A stretch of DNA of 64,000 nucleotides from a virus: positions 1 to 64,000 of the IMG/VR virus record IMGVR_UViG_3300009130_000016; one strand, 5' to 3'. The notes under the pieces are model-generated. The model was not told the origin of the DNA and searched no databases. It saw only the letters and a program-made list of their open reading frames with translations. The position numbers and the translations under genes are program-made. How positions within the stretch are numbered: the first letter of the stretch is position 1; each line of letters begins with the position of its first letter. This document shows positions 39,101 to 48,433 of the stretch, piece after piece.

Positions 39101-39669
39101 TCGGGGGAGATCTCGGAGGAGGAGGAGGCCTTGGCGGTGGTCTAGGCGGAGACTTAGGTGGTCTCGGTGGTGATCTTGAAGGAGACCTTGATGATGAAGA
39201 ACTTGGTGGTGAAGAATTAGGTGATGAAGAAGGGTTGGAAGGAACTGAAGAAGCACCAGAAGAAGAGTCAGAGGCATTATCGGAGTCTAAGAAGGCTAAA
39301 TATATCAAAAGAGAGCTTAAAGAGTCTGACAAAAGGTATGGTGAGTATTTTAATGAACTATTTCAAGAAGAGAAAAAGCCTGCAAACAGTCTTTTAAATA
39401 ACTATGAAAAATCTAACACAAAATCATTGAAACTTAAATCTTCGATGAAAAGTGTTGAGAAGATTATTAAGGAAAGAGGCGAAGAGAGAAGAAGGGAGTC
39501 TGAGTTATTGATTAATGAAATAGCTGAGAACGAAATGGAAACTCTTCAAGAATCTGTTGAGTTTAAATCAAATAAGTTGCATGAATCAAATGATGAATTA
39601 AACAAAAGAGCAAGGGAGGCAATAGAAAGAGTTAATGAAAGGATGAAAAAACCTGGAAATGAGCAATAA
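36124..39669 (+). CDS. portal protein (T4 gp20-like) with intein
   Basis: LPYGRSML, EDAMLVYRLARAPERRVFYIDVGN, EDFFIPIRG, IETLPGA|intein|SNMGDIADIEY, ALKVPK. Confidence 0.95.
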   Translation: MAENNKGTIFQRALHAFRKDPRSGINQAPMGHTPMASTQNMDGYPTRVNPSSPVNSLEHQQQQYLDWQMDAIAQDIYTRTVYYDTDRVGAYQDYNAMDHSPEIAAALDIIRDECLVRNERGNILEIYSENDRVKEVLKDLFNNKLNVEYNMRLWIRELVKKGDFFLHLHIDGEGRKGVYDVMALPAEEIHREDGVDGMIDNTRFRWDSKNMYFEEWQIAHFRLIEDTKRLPYGRSMLDPARKLWKQLQLSEDAMLVYRLARAPERRVFYIDVGNIDDADVKQYIDQVKLSVKGQPVVNSKTGDISRKFNPAHVEEDFFIPIRGDKSSKIETLPGACLALDTEICLLDGRNLELNEIIEEFKVNKNLWSYSINPETGEIVPGKITWAGVTRKDTEVVKITLDNGETITTTPDHKFPTRFNGIKEAKDLQPNESLWSFNKKLAPVSKDTRKKRNDYEMVFDHSSNDWVYTHRLVANYFKSLGEHNELVFNESSSDKSKQTIHHQDYDRFNNNPSNLHFMNNKDHRDLHADNIYEWSKLGVEAWMKKFDNDEEFKQEVLLRLEKSRTEYYANRDGETTQKHNESISKGIKEYFNNISKEEAERRKGINIKNISGANARLKELMQDECFKQEMYEKSSKNLKIVKNTPEYKEIQSGISKNLWKDESYRNAIAEKQTIKYADSMLQFVVNLYKKGFSAKDIVIAINEEGSTFMEAFNSLNEGNKQLKKMENGFTHNNLVKLMSHFGYDNWRDFKNKAELFNHRIVSIEFLEEKVDTGTITIDGGEKYHDHHNFALASGVFTQNSNMGDIADIEYLENKLFAALKVPKPYLNYAESMPGGSMLSQADLRFARTINSIQESVLMELRRIANIHLMFTGFEDDIDNFTLTLTNPSSQQELLNLETWRTRLEIFKEMFNTEPGSPTSYTWAMENILGFSQAEIKLMFKQKKVEKKLFTEIEAAAETYKKIGLFKDLDKRYEDPEKAAAAEGGGAEGGGEDEFGGDLGGGGGLGGGLGGDLGGLGGDLEGDLDDEELGGEELGDEEGLEGTEEAPEEESEALSESKKAKYIKRELKESDKRYGEYFNELFQEEKKPANSLLNNYEKSNTKSLKLKSSMKSVEKIIKERGEERRRESELLINEIAENEMETLQESVEFKSNKLHESNDELNKRAREAIERVNERMKKPGNEQ
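37129..38517 (+). mobile_element. intein (463 aa) with HNH homing endonuclease, in portal
   Basis: N-terminal CLALDT, block B TPDHKF, HNH YTHRLVA...IHH.D.DRFNNNPSNL...H, C-terminal HNFALASGVFTQN followed by Ser. Confidence 0.92.
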
Positions 39670-40051
39670 AACAAAAAAGGCCTTAAGAAAGATAGAGATA
39701 CAAAAAAAGAGAAATCTTGCTGAAATAAGGTCTGCAATTCTCCAACTCCACAAAATGAGAGATGAAATCGGAAATGGTGAAGAATGGGATATACAAATCG
39801 TAGAGGTGGATGATGAAGAGGAATCTGGAGAGGAATTTGTCGATTACGATAATCATGACATTCGACAAGATTGGAATGATATAAAAGAAATGATGGAAGA
39901 AATCGAGCCTGACATAGAAAAGGTTCTTACCAAGAAAGGGGTGAGGGCCAGTGTTAGAGCAAGGAATGGTTTGAGTAGCATCAGGCATTTGTGCATAAGG
40001 CTAAGAGAAGGGATTTTATTCCAAAGGCAAGACAATCGAAGTGGATATTAG
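39659..40051 (+). CDS. histone H1-like (Hc1-type) DNA-binding protein
   Basis: DIEKVLTKKGVRASVRARNGL..IR.LC..LR resembles the Hc1-family D.EKF..KGNKAAG.RARK.L pattern. Confidence 0.55.
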   Translation: MSNKTKKALRKIEIQKKRNLAEIRSAILQLHKMRDEIGNGEEWDIQIVEVDDEEESGEEFVDYDNHDIRQDWNDIKEMMEEIEPDIEKVLTKKGVRASVRARNGLSSIRHLCIRLREGILFQRQDNRSGY

Positions 40052-40059
40052 AAATATTT

Positions 40060-40086
40060 GAAACTTTTTTATAAGCTCATCCGTTA
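40060..40086 (+). promoter_or_regulatory. ECF-sigma-like promoter GAAAC-N17-CGTTA
   Basis: 27 nt upstream of the 40114 ATG. Confidence 0.6.
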
Positions 40087-40113
40087 ATAGTGTAGGAACT
40101 AAATTATACTATT

Positions 40114-40377
40114 ATGATGAGCTTATTTTATTTTATTACACTATTTTCTTCATTTTGCGGTTTGTTTGCTTTTTTAACATCGTTTCTTGAGGTTTATCAG
40201 AATGGTTTAACGAAAGTTGTTTTTGATCGATTAATTCTTGGGAGCAGTGCGTTTGTATTATCAGGTGCTTTGTTGCTTGTTGTTTTCCAAAAAGGAGTAG
40301 GTCTACACATATCAATACCAATGGTGGTTATCACTGCCTGTTTCATTTATTTTAAAGCTAAATTAACACATGAATAA
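40114..40377 (+). CDS. small three-helix membrane protein
   Basis: Three hydrophobic segments. Confidence 0.6.
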   Translation: MMSLFYFITLFSSFCGLFAFLTSFLEVYQNGLTKVVFDRLILGSSAFVLSGALLLVVFQKGVGLHISIPMVVITACFIYFKAKLTHE

Positions 40378-40696
40378 AAAGTACATTATTTACGACAATG
40401 AACTGAGAATGGGTCATGTCGATTATCACAAAGAATTATTCTCTAAACTAAGAGGTGACGAGTCTAAAGTTAAAGGTGGAGGATGGTGGCACATGAATAG
40501 GGAGAAAGGTGTTATCTATTTGTATTCAAGTAGCGAAGATTTTGGTAAGGCTCAATTAGAAGATGTCAAGAGAGCTATTGAGACAGGGTATTTAAAAGGG
40601 TTTGATAAGCTTTTTAAGTATGCTTATAGCACAAGTGATAGCTTGGGTGAAGCGATGGAAAATCACATTCTTTTAGAAAGAATTGAAGAATCGTAA
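40370..40696 (+). CDS. hypothetical phage protein
   Basis: GHV.YH..L...V.GGG.W...LY..S.DFG pattern. Confidence 0.65.
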   Translation: MNKKYIIYDNELRMGHVDYHKELFSKLRGDESKVKGGGWWHMNREKGVIYLYSSSEDFGKAQLEDVKRAIETGYLKGFDKLFKYAYSTSDSLGEAMENHILLERIEES

Positions 40697-40717
40697 TAGG
40701 TAATAATAAAAAATGTG

Positions 40718-40725
40718 TATATTTG
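40718..40725 (+). promoter_or_regulatory. Bacteroidota-type -7 element TATATTTG upstream of dnaE
   Basis: Exact TAnnTTTG 24 nt before the ATG; no clear -33 box; overlaps a TTTGTCG/CGACAAA inverted repeat. Confidence 0.5.
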
Positions 40726-40749
40726 TCGATACACGACAAAATAGGTTAG

Positions 40750-43700
40750 ATGTATATTATATTTGATACGGAGACTACAGGTCTTCCAAAAAATTATAAC
40801 GCACCATACACTGATGTTCGTAACTGGCCTAGAATGGTTCAGTTAGCATGGCAAGTGTATGATAGGGATGGGAAGTTGTTAGATGAGAAGGATCTTATAA
40901 TCAAACCTGATGGATTTATTATTCCGCCAGAATCTACAAAGATTCACAGGATCGGAAACGAAAGAGCAAATAGAGAAGGTATTCCTTTAGAAGATGCTTT
41001 GGAGCAGTTTGATAAAGCTATTGCTGAAAACAAGGTTCTTGTTGCACACAACATTAAATTCGATGAGAAGATAATCGCTTGTGAGCAATACAGAGGTAGT
41101 AGAAAGATAACTATCTACGACTGTCAGCATATTGATACCATGAAAGGTACGATTAACTTTTGTGCCGTTCCTGCAAAGAGAGGTAAAGGTTTTAAGTTCC
41201 CCTCCCTTGCCGAGTTACATTATAAATTGTTTAAGCAATATTTCGAAGATGCCCATGATGCATTAATTGATGTTCAGGCGTTAGCGAAGTGCTTTTTCGA
41301 ATTACAAAAGGTCGGTGTAGTAGGTAAAGCTCCAGAAGAATCTCAGCAAAGTGCTGCAGAGATGCTTAGTGGACTTTCAGTTTCTTATTCTGCAAACACA
41401 AGTAATGGTGATGAAGAAAAGCCGTTTGTGAATTTATCAATTCACACGTATCACTCCATACTTGAAGGTGCTGGTTCTGTAAAGGAGTATTTGGAGTTAG
41501 CAAAAGCTAATAACCAACCTGCGTTAGCAATAACGGATATCTCAACAATGTCTGGGACATTTGAATTGTTTCAGAAAGCAGATGGGATTAAGCCTGTTTA
41601 CGGCATCGAATTCTATGTTAATGACAAACTGCTAAAGTTCGATGAATTAAGAGCTCAAGGGGGTTGTTATAAGCTTAGAATGTATGCTAAGAATGAAACT
41701 GGGTATCACAATCTTTCTAGGTTATTGTATTTAGCCAACACGGAAGGGTTTGGTGACTTTGGGCGTATTTGTCCAGAGTGGATTCAAGAAAATTCAGAAG
41801 GAATCATTGTAACAACAACTTCAATAGAAGGTAAGGTTGCCGAGTTGTTACAAATGGGTAAGATTACAAAAGCAGAAGAGCATATTCAATGGCTATTGAC
41901 TACTTTCGGAAAGGAAAATGTGTATGCTGAATTTCAGTTGACGAAAGACGCAGATCAAAGAACATATAATACGTTTATGGTAAAGGCTGCTACCACTTAT
42001 GGTATCAAAAGTATTTTATCAAACAACACATATTTTCCAAGACCAGAAGACTGGGAGTTGCAACATGTTGTTTCAGCAATGAAGCAAAAGGCTCCTATTG
42101 AAACTGCAAGGTTGAAAGAGAATTCTGAGATGTTTTTCTTTAACAGAGGTGATTTCTACAGAGCAAACAAAGAGAATGGCTACAACTACCCAGAGTGGTT
42201 TATTGACAAGTGTCTTGATAGAACATTGGAGATTGCAGAACGTTGTAACTTTGAGTTTGAGACAGGTGTTGAGAAATACCCAGAGTATGAGCCTACACAA
42301 GAAGTTCTTGATTGGTGTAAGAGTGATGATGTTGAACACATTGTTGCTAAGATTGCACATGCAAAGCTTAAGGTGAAACTTAAAAAGAATGCAGACCTTG
42401 GTTATATTGAATTAGATGATGAAAAATATCAAGCTTATGTTGATAGATTAAATTATGAAATCGGTGTAATTCGAGATAAGAAAATGCTTGATTACTTTTT
42501 GGTGTGTTGGGAACTTGTTCGTGATTATGAGAAGACAGAGTATGAAGGCAAACCTTTATCTGTAGGGCCAGGTCGTGGAAGTGCTGGAGGAAGTTTATTG
42601 TCTTGGTGCCTTGACTTAATTAAGGTTGACCCTGTAAGATTTGATCTTTGTTTTGAGAGATTCTTGAATCCAACAAGGAATTCCCCTCCCGATCTCGACA
42701 TTGACTTTGAGACAGGTACTGACCACATCTCAAATGAGTTTCTTTACAATAAGTATGGGAGAGATAGGGTTGTTAGTGTTGGTACGTTCTACACATTTAA
42801 CGAAAAAGGTTGTCTTAAAGATGTTGCTAGATCAATCATTGGTAGAGAGGCCACTTCAAGTGGATCTCCTGTGTGGAAAGTTACCGATGAAATGCCAATT
42901 AACAAAGCTGGTAAGTGGACAAATAAAGAGATGCCATTCGAAAAGTGGCTTATTGAATATCCAAAAGATCCAGAATGTTCTCAAATAACTCGTGAGTTCT
43001 TACAAGACCCTGCTAACGCAAGAGTTTTAAAGTACACAGTTAGATTACAAGGTGAGATTAGGGGTATTGGACAACACGCAGCAGGTGTGGCTATTACTCC
43101 AGATAAGTGTTGGAAATATTTCCCAACAAACGTTATCCCAAAGAAAGGTGAAGCTCCTGCGTTGGTAACAGCATTCCAAGAGGCCGATGGTTCTGGTAAG
43201 GATTTGTCTGCTCTTGGTATTCTTAAATTGGATAGGTTGAAATTGGAGACAATTAATGTTGTTGAAGATTGTGTACACTTGATTAAGGAGACACAAGGTA
43301 TTGACATTAGAGATACTTTGTATCATTTAGATCTTAGTGATCCTAATTTGTACGAAGAAGTTAGGTTGGGTCTTAATCATGGTGTATTCCAGTTTGAATC
43401 TGCAGGGATGGGGTCTTTGATTAAGTCTATGAAAGTAGATAACTTCATGGAGTTGGTTGCATGTAACGCATTGTATCGTCCAGGTCCGATGGGTATTGGA
43501 GCCCATGATGAATTTGTTCGTAATAAGTTCAACCCAGAGGGTATTCAGTACATTCACCCATCTTTGGAGCCAATATTGTCTAAAACAAATGGTGTATTGG
43601 TTTTCCAAGAGCAGTTAATGTTTATTGCCGAGTCAATTGGTGGTATGACATTGGGGGATGGTGATTACTTGCGTAGGTTTATGGGTAACTCTGGAGATCT

Positions 43701-44859
43701 TATTCAAAAAGAATTAGATGGTATTCCTTTAACAAAAGAAGAGGTTGAAAGTTATAATTTTCAAAGTTTTAAGAAGTACTGGGGAATGTTTATTGATGGT
43801 GCAAAGAGGCAAGGTTTCTCTGAAGTAGATGTTGAGCGTTTGAAAAAGTACTTGATGAAATATTTAGGTTACTCATTTAACTTATCTCACTCACTTTGTT
43901 ATTCATACGTTGCTTGTCAAACATTATATTTGAAGCATTATTATCCAACAGAGTATTATACTTGTTTGTTGAATCACCCTAAAACTTCTGGTAAGCCAGA
44001 GGAAATTCAAGCATGGATTTCAGCAGCTATATCTAGTGCAATATCAAAAGGTATTAAGGTTAATTCTCCAACTAGAGAATCAAACTGGGATTGGAAAGCT
44101 ACAGGTAAAGGTGAAATCACAATGGGTTACTCTGGTATCAAAGGATTCGGAGATGTTGCTTATGAAGAGTTGAAATCTAACTTAGCAGCAAAGGAAACAA
44201 CTTTTGACCAAGTGGATAAGTTTACATTCTTCGATACAGTGTATTCTAAGTTTAACAAGTCTGCATTTACATCTTTATTGAAAGCAGGGGTTTTTGATGA
44301 TTGGTCACATTCAAGAGAAGAATTAACTGATTTGTTCTTGAAGGCTACTAAGACTAAGAAGAAGAGAAAGGCAGATCCTAAGCAATTAGGGTTGTTTGGT
44401 GCAACATTTAAACCTCAGCTTAAGCCTAATGAAGATTTGTATAAGCCAACAACAGATTTGCACAAGTCAGTTGACTTTGTTGATGTTTGTAACTGTGACC
44501 TTCAATACATTGAGCAAGCAACTAAGGTTAAGAGTAGGATTTCAGAAAAAGCAGGTAGAGATATCGAAAGTATAAGTGATTATGTTAACGAGGATTTCTA
44601 TTACTTCATCATGGAGAAAAAAGAGATCAGAAAAAACATTAGAGGTAACGATTACTTAATATTAACGGTAAGTAACGGATTCTCTCAAAGTAAGCTTAGA
44701 ATATTCGGTGGAGATGTTAAGAAAGTTGATCCATTGATGGAAGAGAAAGGAGTTTATGTTGGAAGGTTTGTAAAGAATGATAAAGGGTTTATCAACTTTG
44801 CTAAGATGAGCATAAAAGGTAAAAAACAAATTTATTTAAAGAAAGTTGATCAAATTTAA
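40750..44859 (+). CDS. dnaE: DNA polymerase III alpha with N-terminal DEDDh 3'-5' exonuclease
   Basis: FDTETTG, AHNIKFD, HDALID exonuclease; PHP domain; GPGRGSAGGS, FERFLNPTR.SPPDLDIDF, HAAGV, GVFQFES, YSFN.SH. Confidence 0.96.
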   Translation: MYIIFDTETTGLPKNYNAPYTDVRNWPRMVQLAWQVYDRDGKLLDEKDLIIKPDGFIIPPESTKIHRIGNERANREGIPLEDALEQFDKAIAENKVLVAHNIKFDEKIIACEQYRGSRKITIYDCQHIDTMKGTINFCAVPAKRGKGFKFPSLAELHYKLFKQYFEDAHDALIDVQALAKCFFELQKVGVVGKAPEESQQSAAEMLSGLSVSYSANTSNGDEEKPFVNLSIHTYHSILEGAGSVKEYLELAKANNQPALAITDISTMSGTFELFQKADGIKPVYGIEFYVNDKLLKFDELRAQGGCYKLRMYAKNETGYHNLSRLLYLANTEGFGDFGRICPEWIQENSEGIIVTTTSIEGKVAELLQMGKITKAEEHIQWLLTTFGKENVYAEFQLTKDADQRTYNTFMVKAATTYGIKSILSNNTYFPRPEDWELQHVVSAMKQKAPIETARLKENSEMFFFNRGDFYRANKENGYNYPEWFIDKCLDRTLEIAERCNFEFETGVEKYPEYEPTQEVLDWCKSDDVEHIVAKIAHAKLKVKLKKNADLGYIELDDEKYQAYVDRLNYEIGVIRDKKMLDYFLVCWELVRDYEKTEYEGKPLSVGPGRGSAGGSLLSWCLDLIKVDPVRFDLCFERFLNPTRNSPPDLDIDFETGTDHISNEFLYNKYGRDRVVSVGTFYTFNEKGCLKDVARSIIGREATSSGSPVWKVTDEMPINKAGKWTNKEMPFEKWLIEYPKDPECSQITREFLQDPANARVLKYTVRLQGEIRGIGQHAAGVAITPDKCWKYFPTNVIPKKGEAPALVTAFQEADGSGKDLSALGILKLDRLKLETINVVEDCVHLIKETQGIDIRDTLYHLDLSDPNLYEEVRLGLNHGVFQFESAGMGSLIKSMKVDNFMELVACNALYRPGPMGIGAHDEFVRNKFNPEGIQYIHPSLEPILSKTNGVLVFQEQLMFIAESIGGMTLGDGDYLRRFMGNSGDLIQKELDGIPLTKEEVESYNFQSFKKYWGMFIDGAKRQGFSEVDVERLKKYLMKYLGYSFNLSHSLCYSYVACQTLYLKHYYPTEYYTCLLNHPKTSGKPEEIQAWISAAISSAISKGIKVNSPTRESNWDWKATGKGEITMGYSGIKGFGDVAYEELKSNLAAKETTFDQVDKFTFFDTVYSKFNKSAFTSLLKAGVFDDWSHSREELTDLFLKATKTKKKRKADPKQLGLFGATFKPQLKPNEDLYKPTTDLHKSVDFVDVCNCDLQYIEQATKVKSRISEKAGRDIESISDYVNEDFYYFIMEKKEIRKNIRGNDYLILTVSNGFSQSKLRIFGGDVKKVDPLMEEKGVYVGRFVKNDKGFINFAKMSIKGKKQIYLKKVDQI

Positions 44860-44870
44860 TAACAATTAAT

Positions 44871-45320
44871 ATGAAAAAGATTTACACAGATGGAGCATGT
44901 AAAGGAAACCCTGGAAAGGGTGCATGGGCATTTCTTATCTTGGAAAATGGTGAAAAGATAGAAGATGGTTTTGGGCCTGATAAGATGACAACGAATAACC
45001 AAATGGAAATGAAGGCTGTCATCGAAGGTTTAAAGAAAACGGAAAAAGGTGAAATTTTGGAAGTGTATTCTGATAGTGCTTATGTTGTAAACTGCTTTAA
45101 GCAAAATTGGATTGCTGGATGGAAAAAGAAAGGTTGGAAAAATAGCCAAAGAAAGCCAGTAAAGAATAAAGAACTTTGGGAAGAAATGGATGCATTAGTA
45201 TCTGCAAGAACTGTTGATTTCTTTAAGGTTGTTGCCCACTTACCAAAAGGGCATAAAGACTATGATGAACATAATGATTACGTTGATGAATTGGCTAGTA
45301 ATACAGCTTACAACGCTTAA
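44871..45320 (+). CDS. rnhA: ribonuclease HI
   Basis: YTDGACKGNPG, TTNNQME, SDSAYV, VKNKELW, N..VD.LA. Confidence 0.95.
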   Translation: MKKIYTDGACKGNPGKGAWAFLILENGEKIEDGFGPDKMTTNNQMEMKAVIEGLKKTEKGEILEVYSDSAYVVNCFKQNWIAGWKKKGWKNSQRKPVKNKELWEEMDALVSARTVDFFKVVAHLPKGHKDYDEHNDYVDELASNTAYNA

Positions 45321-45437
45321 ATTTTTGTAACTGTTTTAAAGGTATTGGTGATGTTGGTTTTATTTTTGTTATCTAAAAGTTTATCAACATCACCACATTT
45401 CTTAGAAAGCTTACTTCTAACCTCTTTGAGTTTGCTT

Positions 45438-45902
45438 TTATTTTCCATCGATCTTACTAGTTATGTTATCAATTTTAACCTCAATTAACTCTTTGAGGTT
45501 TCTAACTTCTTGACCTAAGGACTCTGTGTTATTTTTTTGATTGTCAATAGTCTTGTCGCTCAGTGTTTTTTGAGTTTCAATAAGCTTGTCAATTGTTTGG
45601 TTAAGATCAGATAATACTTGAAGGTTTTCTTTATCGTTTTCACGAATATATTCATTTAACTCTTCTAGTTTTTCATCTTTTTGTTTAATTGCTTTTTCTA
45701 AAAACACATCTTTTTCTTTAATTGTTTTCTCAATTAAAATGTCTTTAGCTTTAATTATCTTATCTTTCAGTTTCAGTTGTTTCACTAACCAAACTATAGA
45801 CATACCCATTAGTACAGCTGTTATCCCAAGCTTTGCTAATTCTCCCCAAACATCAACTGATGAAGGTGTGGATGTGACTTCTAATAAAAGGATTGATAAC
45901 AT
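45438..45902 (-). CDS. membrane-anchored coiled-coil protein, holin-like
   Basis: One N-terminal hydrophobic helix followed by a long coiled coil. Confidence 0.45.
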   Translation of the reverse strand: MLSILLLEVTSTPSSVDVWGELAKLGITAVLMGMSIVWLVKQLKLKDKIIKAKDILIEKTIKEKDVFLEKAIKQKDEKLEELNEYIRENDKENLQVLSDLNQTIDKLIETQKTLSDKTIDNQKNNTESLGQEVRNLKELIEVKIDNITSKIDGK

Positions 45903-46015
45903 TTTTTAAGTGTTTAATTATATTTATTCGCAAATATTGTAAAACTTGCTAAGAAACAGAAAAAATAGATATTTATAATTAAAATAGGTGGAACTACCTA
46001 CAAACAAAAAAATAT

Positions 46016-47575
46016 ATGGGTTTACTTAATGAGAATCAAGTTAAAATGCAATTAATGGCAGGTGTCATTAGTGAAAACCGTTTTGACGAATTAATGAAGC
46101 AAATTAAATCAGAAAAAGAAGCTTCTGATCAATACGAAGAAGATAAAGAAGAGCTTTATGGTCTTAATGAAAATGAAATAGATCCAATAGCAAGAGCTAA
46201 GACGGATGCAGCAGAATCTTACAATTGGTTAGAAGATGCTATTGAGTATGTTGGTGGAAAAAAAGAATGGGAGGCATTAAGTGTTTCAGACAAAGAAGAG
46301 GTAAAATCATTTATGAAAAATGGTCAACGTTCTGATTTGAACGAATCGGTTAATCCAGAGGTCATGAAAAACCTTGTGACTCATTTAAGTACAGAGAAAA
46401 ATGCTGCTGATGAGTATGAAAGAGAAAAGGAAGAGATATACGGTCTTCATGAAGGGGTTGACATAAGTGCTATGAACAAGCTTATGAGTCAGATTAAAAA
46501 CGAGAAAGAAGCTTTTGATGAGTACGAGAAAGAGAGAGATGATATGTACCTGCAAGAAGGTCATGTTTTCAAATCAACTATTTTGAGAGAAAGTGTAGAA
46601 GAACAAGTTGTAGAAGGTGATAAGTTTTCTGATTTTCTTAGAACAGAATATGGTGATACACCAGCTCCACAAGAAGTTGCCGAGGCAATTGTTAATTGGG
46701 CTAATAACTATATGACAAGTGATCAAGACGCAGATTTCGAAGGTGTTTCTGAATATATGAATGATGATATCTGGGCTCTTATGAAAGATGATGTTTCTGA
46801 AAACTATATGTCTGAGCTTAGAGCTTTTGTTAGTCAACAACAAAATGGTGTTGATGAGCAAATAGGAATTAAGCCAAAAGATGACATTGACACAGAAATG
46901 GGTGGAATCGAACCTTCTTTAAAAGAAGATGAGGTAAACGAGAGTCAAGGTGACCAAATTTTAAAAAAAAAATTAGACAACGTTTTTGCAGCAGCAATTC
47001 AAAGTCTTCCAGGAATGCTTAAAAAAGCTGACAAGGATAGAGACGGTAAATTAGAATTAACAGGAGAGCCACAATTAAATGAGCAATATCTTAATGAGGT
47101 GTTGGGCCTTGGGTTGGTGGCTGCTAACTTAGCATTATCGGCTCCTGGAATTGTAGGTCTTGCAGGTAAGTTGATTAAAGGAATGGGTAGTATACCAGGA
47201 ATGAATATCAATGCATTAAAAACTGCTGGTGATGCTGTTTCTAAATTCGGAAAGGATTGGCAAGCGAAACACATGAAGGCTATTGAGGTTATTCTTAGAA
47301 AGTTCATGCCAAACGCTGACGAGAAAACAATTGAAAGAGGATCAAAAGCTGTTTTTATTGTTATTATGGCTTCATTGGCTATATCAGGAGGTGTTGTAGC
47401 AGGGACAGGTTCTGAAGCTGAAGCGGTTAATTCTGCTGTTGGTGTTGGTAAAACTGCAGGAGGCATAAACAAGACTAAAGATTTAGGTCTTCAATTAGCT
47501 AAAGCAGATACTTCTGATTGGAAAAGTAAACTTTCAGGATTGTTACCTTTCGCAATAGGTAAAGTTTTCGGTTAA
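46016..47575 (+). CDS. putative internal head/ejection protein with repeats and hydrophobic C-terminus
   Basis: Late promoter at 45970; three EK.A.D.YE.....YGLxE repeats; about 10 LxE sites; two hydrophobic segments. Confidence 0.55.
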   Translation: MGLLNENQVKMQLMAGVISENRFDELMKQIKSEKEASDQYEEDKEELYGLNENEIDPIARAKTDAAESYNWLEDAIEYVGGKKEWEALSVSDKEEVKSFMKNGQRSDLNESVNPEVMKNLVTHLSTEKNAADEYEREKEEIYGLHEGVDISAMNKLMSQIKNEKEAFDEYEKERDDMYLQEGHVFKSTILRESVEEQVVEGDKFSDFLRTEYGDTPAPQEVAEAIVNWANNYMTSDQDADFEGVSEYMNDDIWALMKDDVSENYMSELRAFVSQQQNGVDEQIGIKPKDDIDTEMGGIEPSLKEDEVNESQGDQILKKKLDNVFAAAIQSLPGMLKKADKDRDGKLELTGEPQLNEQYLNEVLGLGLVAANLALSAPGIVGLAGKLIKGMGSIPGMNINALKTAGDAVSKFGKDWQAKHMKAIEVILRKFMPNADEKTIERGSKAVFIVIMASLAISGGVVAGTGSEAEAVNSAVGVGKTAGGINKTKDLGLQLAKADTSDWKSKLSGLLPFAIGKVFG

Positions 47576-48021
47576 TGGCAAAAAGAAGAGTAAGGAAATA
47601 TAAACCTAGAGCTCCAAGGAAAAGAAGAACACCTGAAGAGAAAGAAGCTTTTTTAAAAGCCAAAGCTCTTGAGATGTCCGAGAAAAAGACTTGGCCAGAA
47701 TTGGAGTTTGAAAAAATGTTGAATGAATTAGGAGTTGAGTTTAGGACTCAAGAGATAGTTGGAGGGAAGATATTTGATTTTTATATTCCCTCTGAAAATT
47801 TGCTTGTTGAAATAGATGGAGATTATTGGCATGGGAATCCTAGTGTTTACAAGAGGCCAAATAAGATGCAGAATACCAACAGGAAGAACGATAGAAGGAA
47901 AACTCTTATCGCAGAAAATGAAGGGTACAAAATATCAAGAGTTTGGGAATCTGATTTAAAAGATAATTACGGAGTACAAAAAGGAAGGTTTAAGAGAATA
48001 TTAAAATGGAAGAAAGATTAG
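47575..48021 (+). CDS. Vsr/DUF559-like endonuclease
   Basis: T.PE..F, FDFY, VEIDGDYWHGNP, ND..K, RVWE. Confidence 0.8.
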   Translation: MAKRRVRKYKPRAPRKRRTPEEKEAFLKAKALEMSEKKTWPELEFEKMLNELGVEFRTQEIVGGKIFDFYIPSENLLVEIDGDYWHGNPSVYKRPNKMQNTNRKNDRRKTLIAENEGYKISRVWESDLKDNYGVQKGRFKRILKWKKD

Positions 48022-48359
48022 TTCAAATAATTAGGGAAGAAGTTGCCGATTTTATTAACACATTGGATTCTCACTTGGAAGACTCTGAGGAAAGGCTTAA
48101 CAACAAAATTGATTTCATCAAGAAAACTTATGGTTCTATTCCAAAGGATAGGCCAGAAGAGAAAAAGATGAGAGATGCTGAAAGAAAGGATGCAGAAGCA
48201 GAATTGAAAGACGTTAAGGATATGGAGAAAGAGATGGAAGATAAAGCTGCTGAGTTGGAGAAAGCTGAAAAAGAAGCTGGATCTGAAATAACAAATTCTA
48301 ACATTCTAAATTCTCCGAGCACACAAACTACAACAACTGCAATAACAGGCAGTATATAA
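48006..48359 (+). CDS. small coiled-coil head-targeted protein
   Basis: N-terminal LVQIIREEV. Confidence 0.5.
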   Translation: MEERLVQIIREEVADFINTLDSHLEDSEERLNNKIDFIKKTYGSIPKDRPEEKKMRDAERKDAEAELKDVKDMEKEMEDKAAELEKAEKEAGSEITNSNILNSPSTQTTTTAITGSI

Positions 48360-48433
48360 TAATTACTTTTGTTTACTTTAATTTTTTTTGTAAGTATATT
48401 TATTTACGAACAGAAATTATTAAAGTATAAATT

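Noticed and set aside
40750-44859. Intein in DnaE or TerL
   Set aside because: Length is explained by the exonuclease fusion; no C...HN splice motifs found in either gene.
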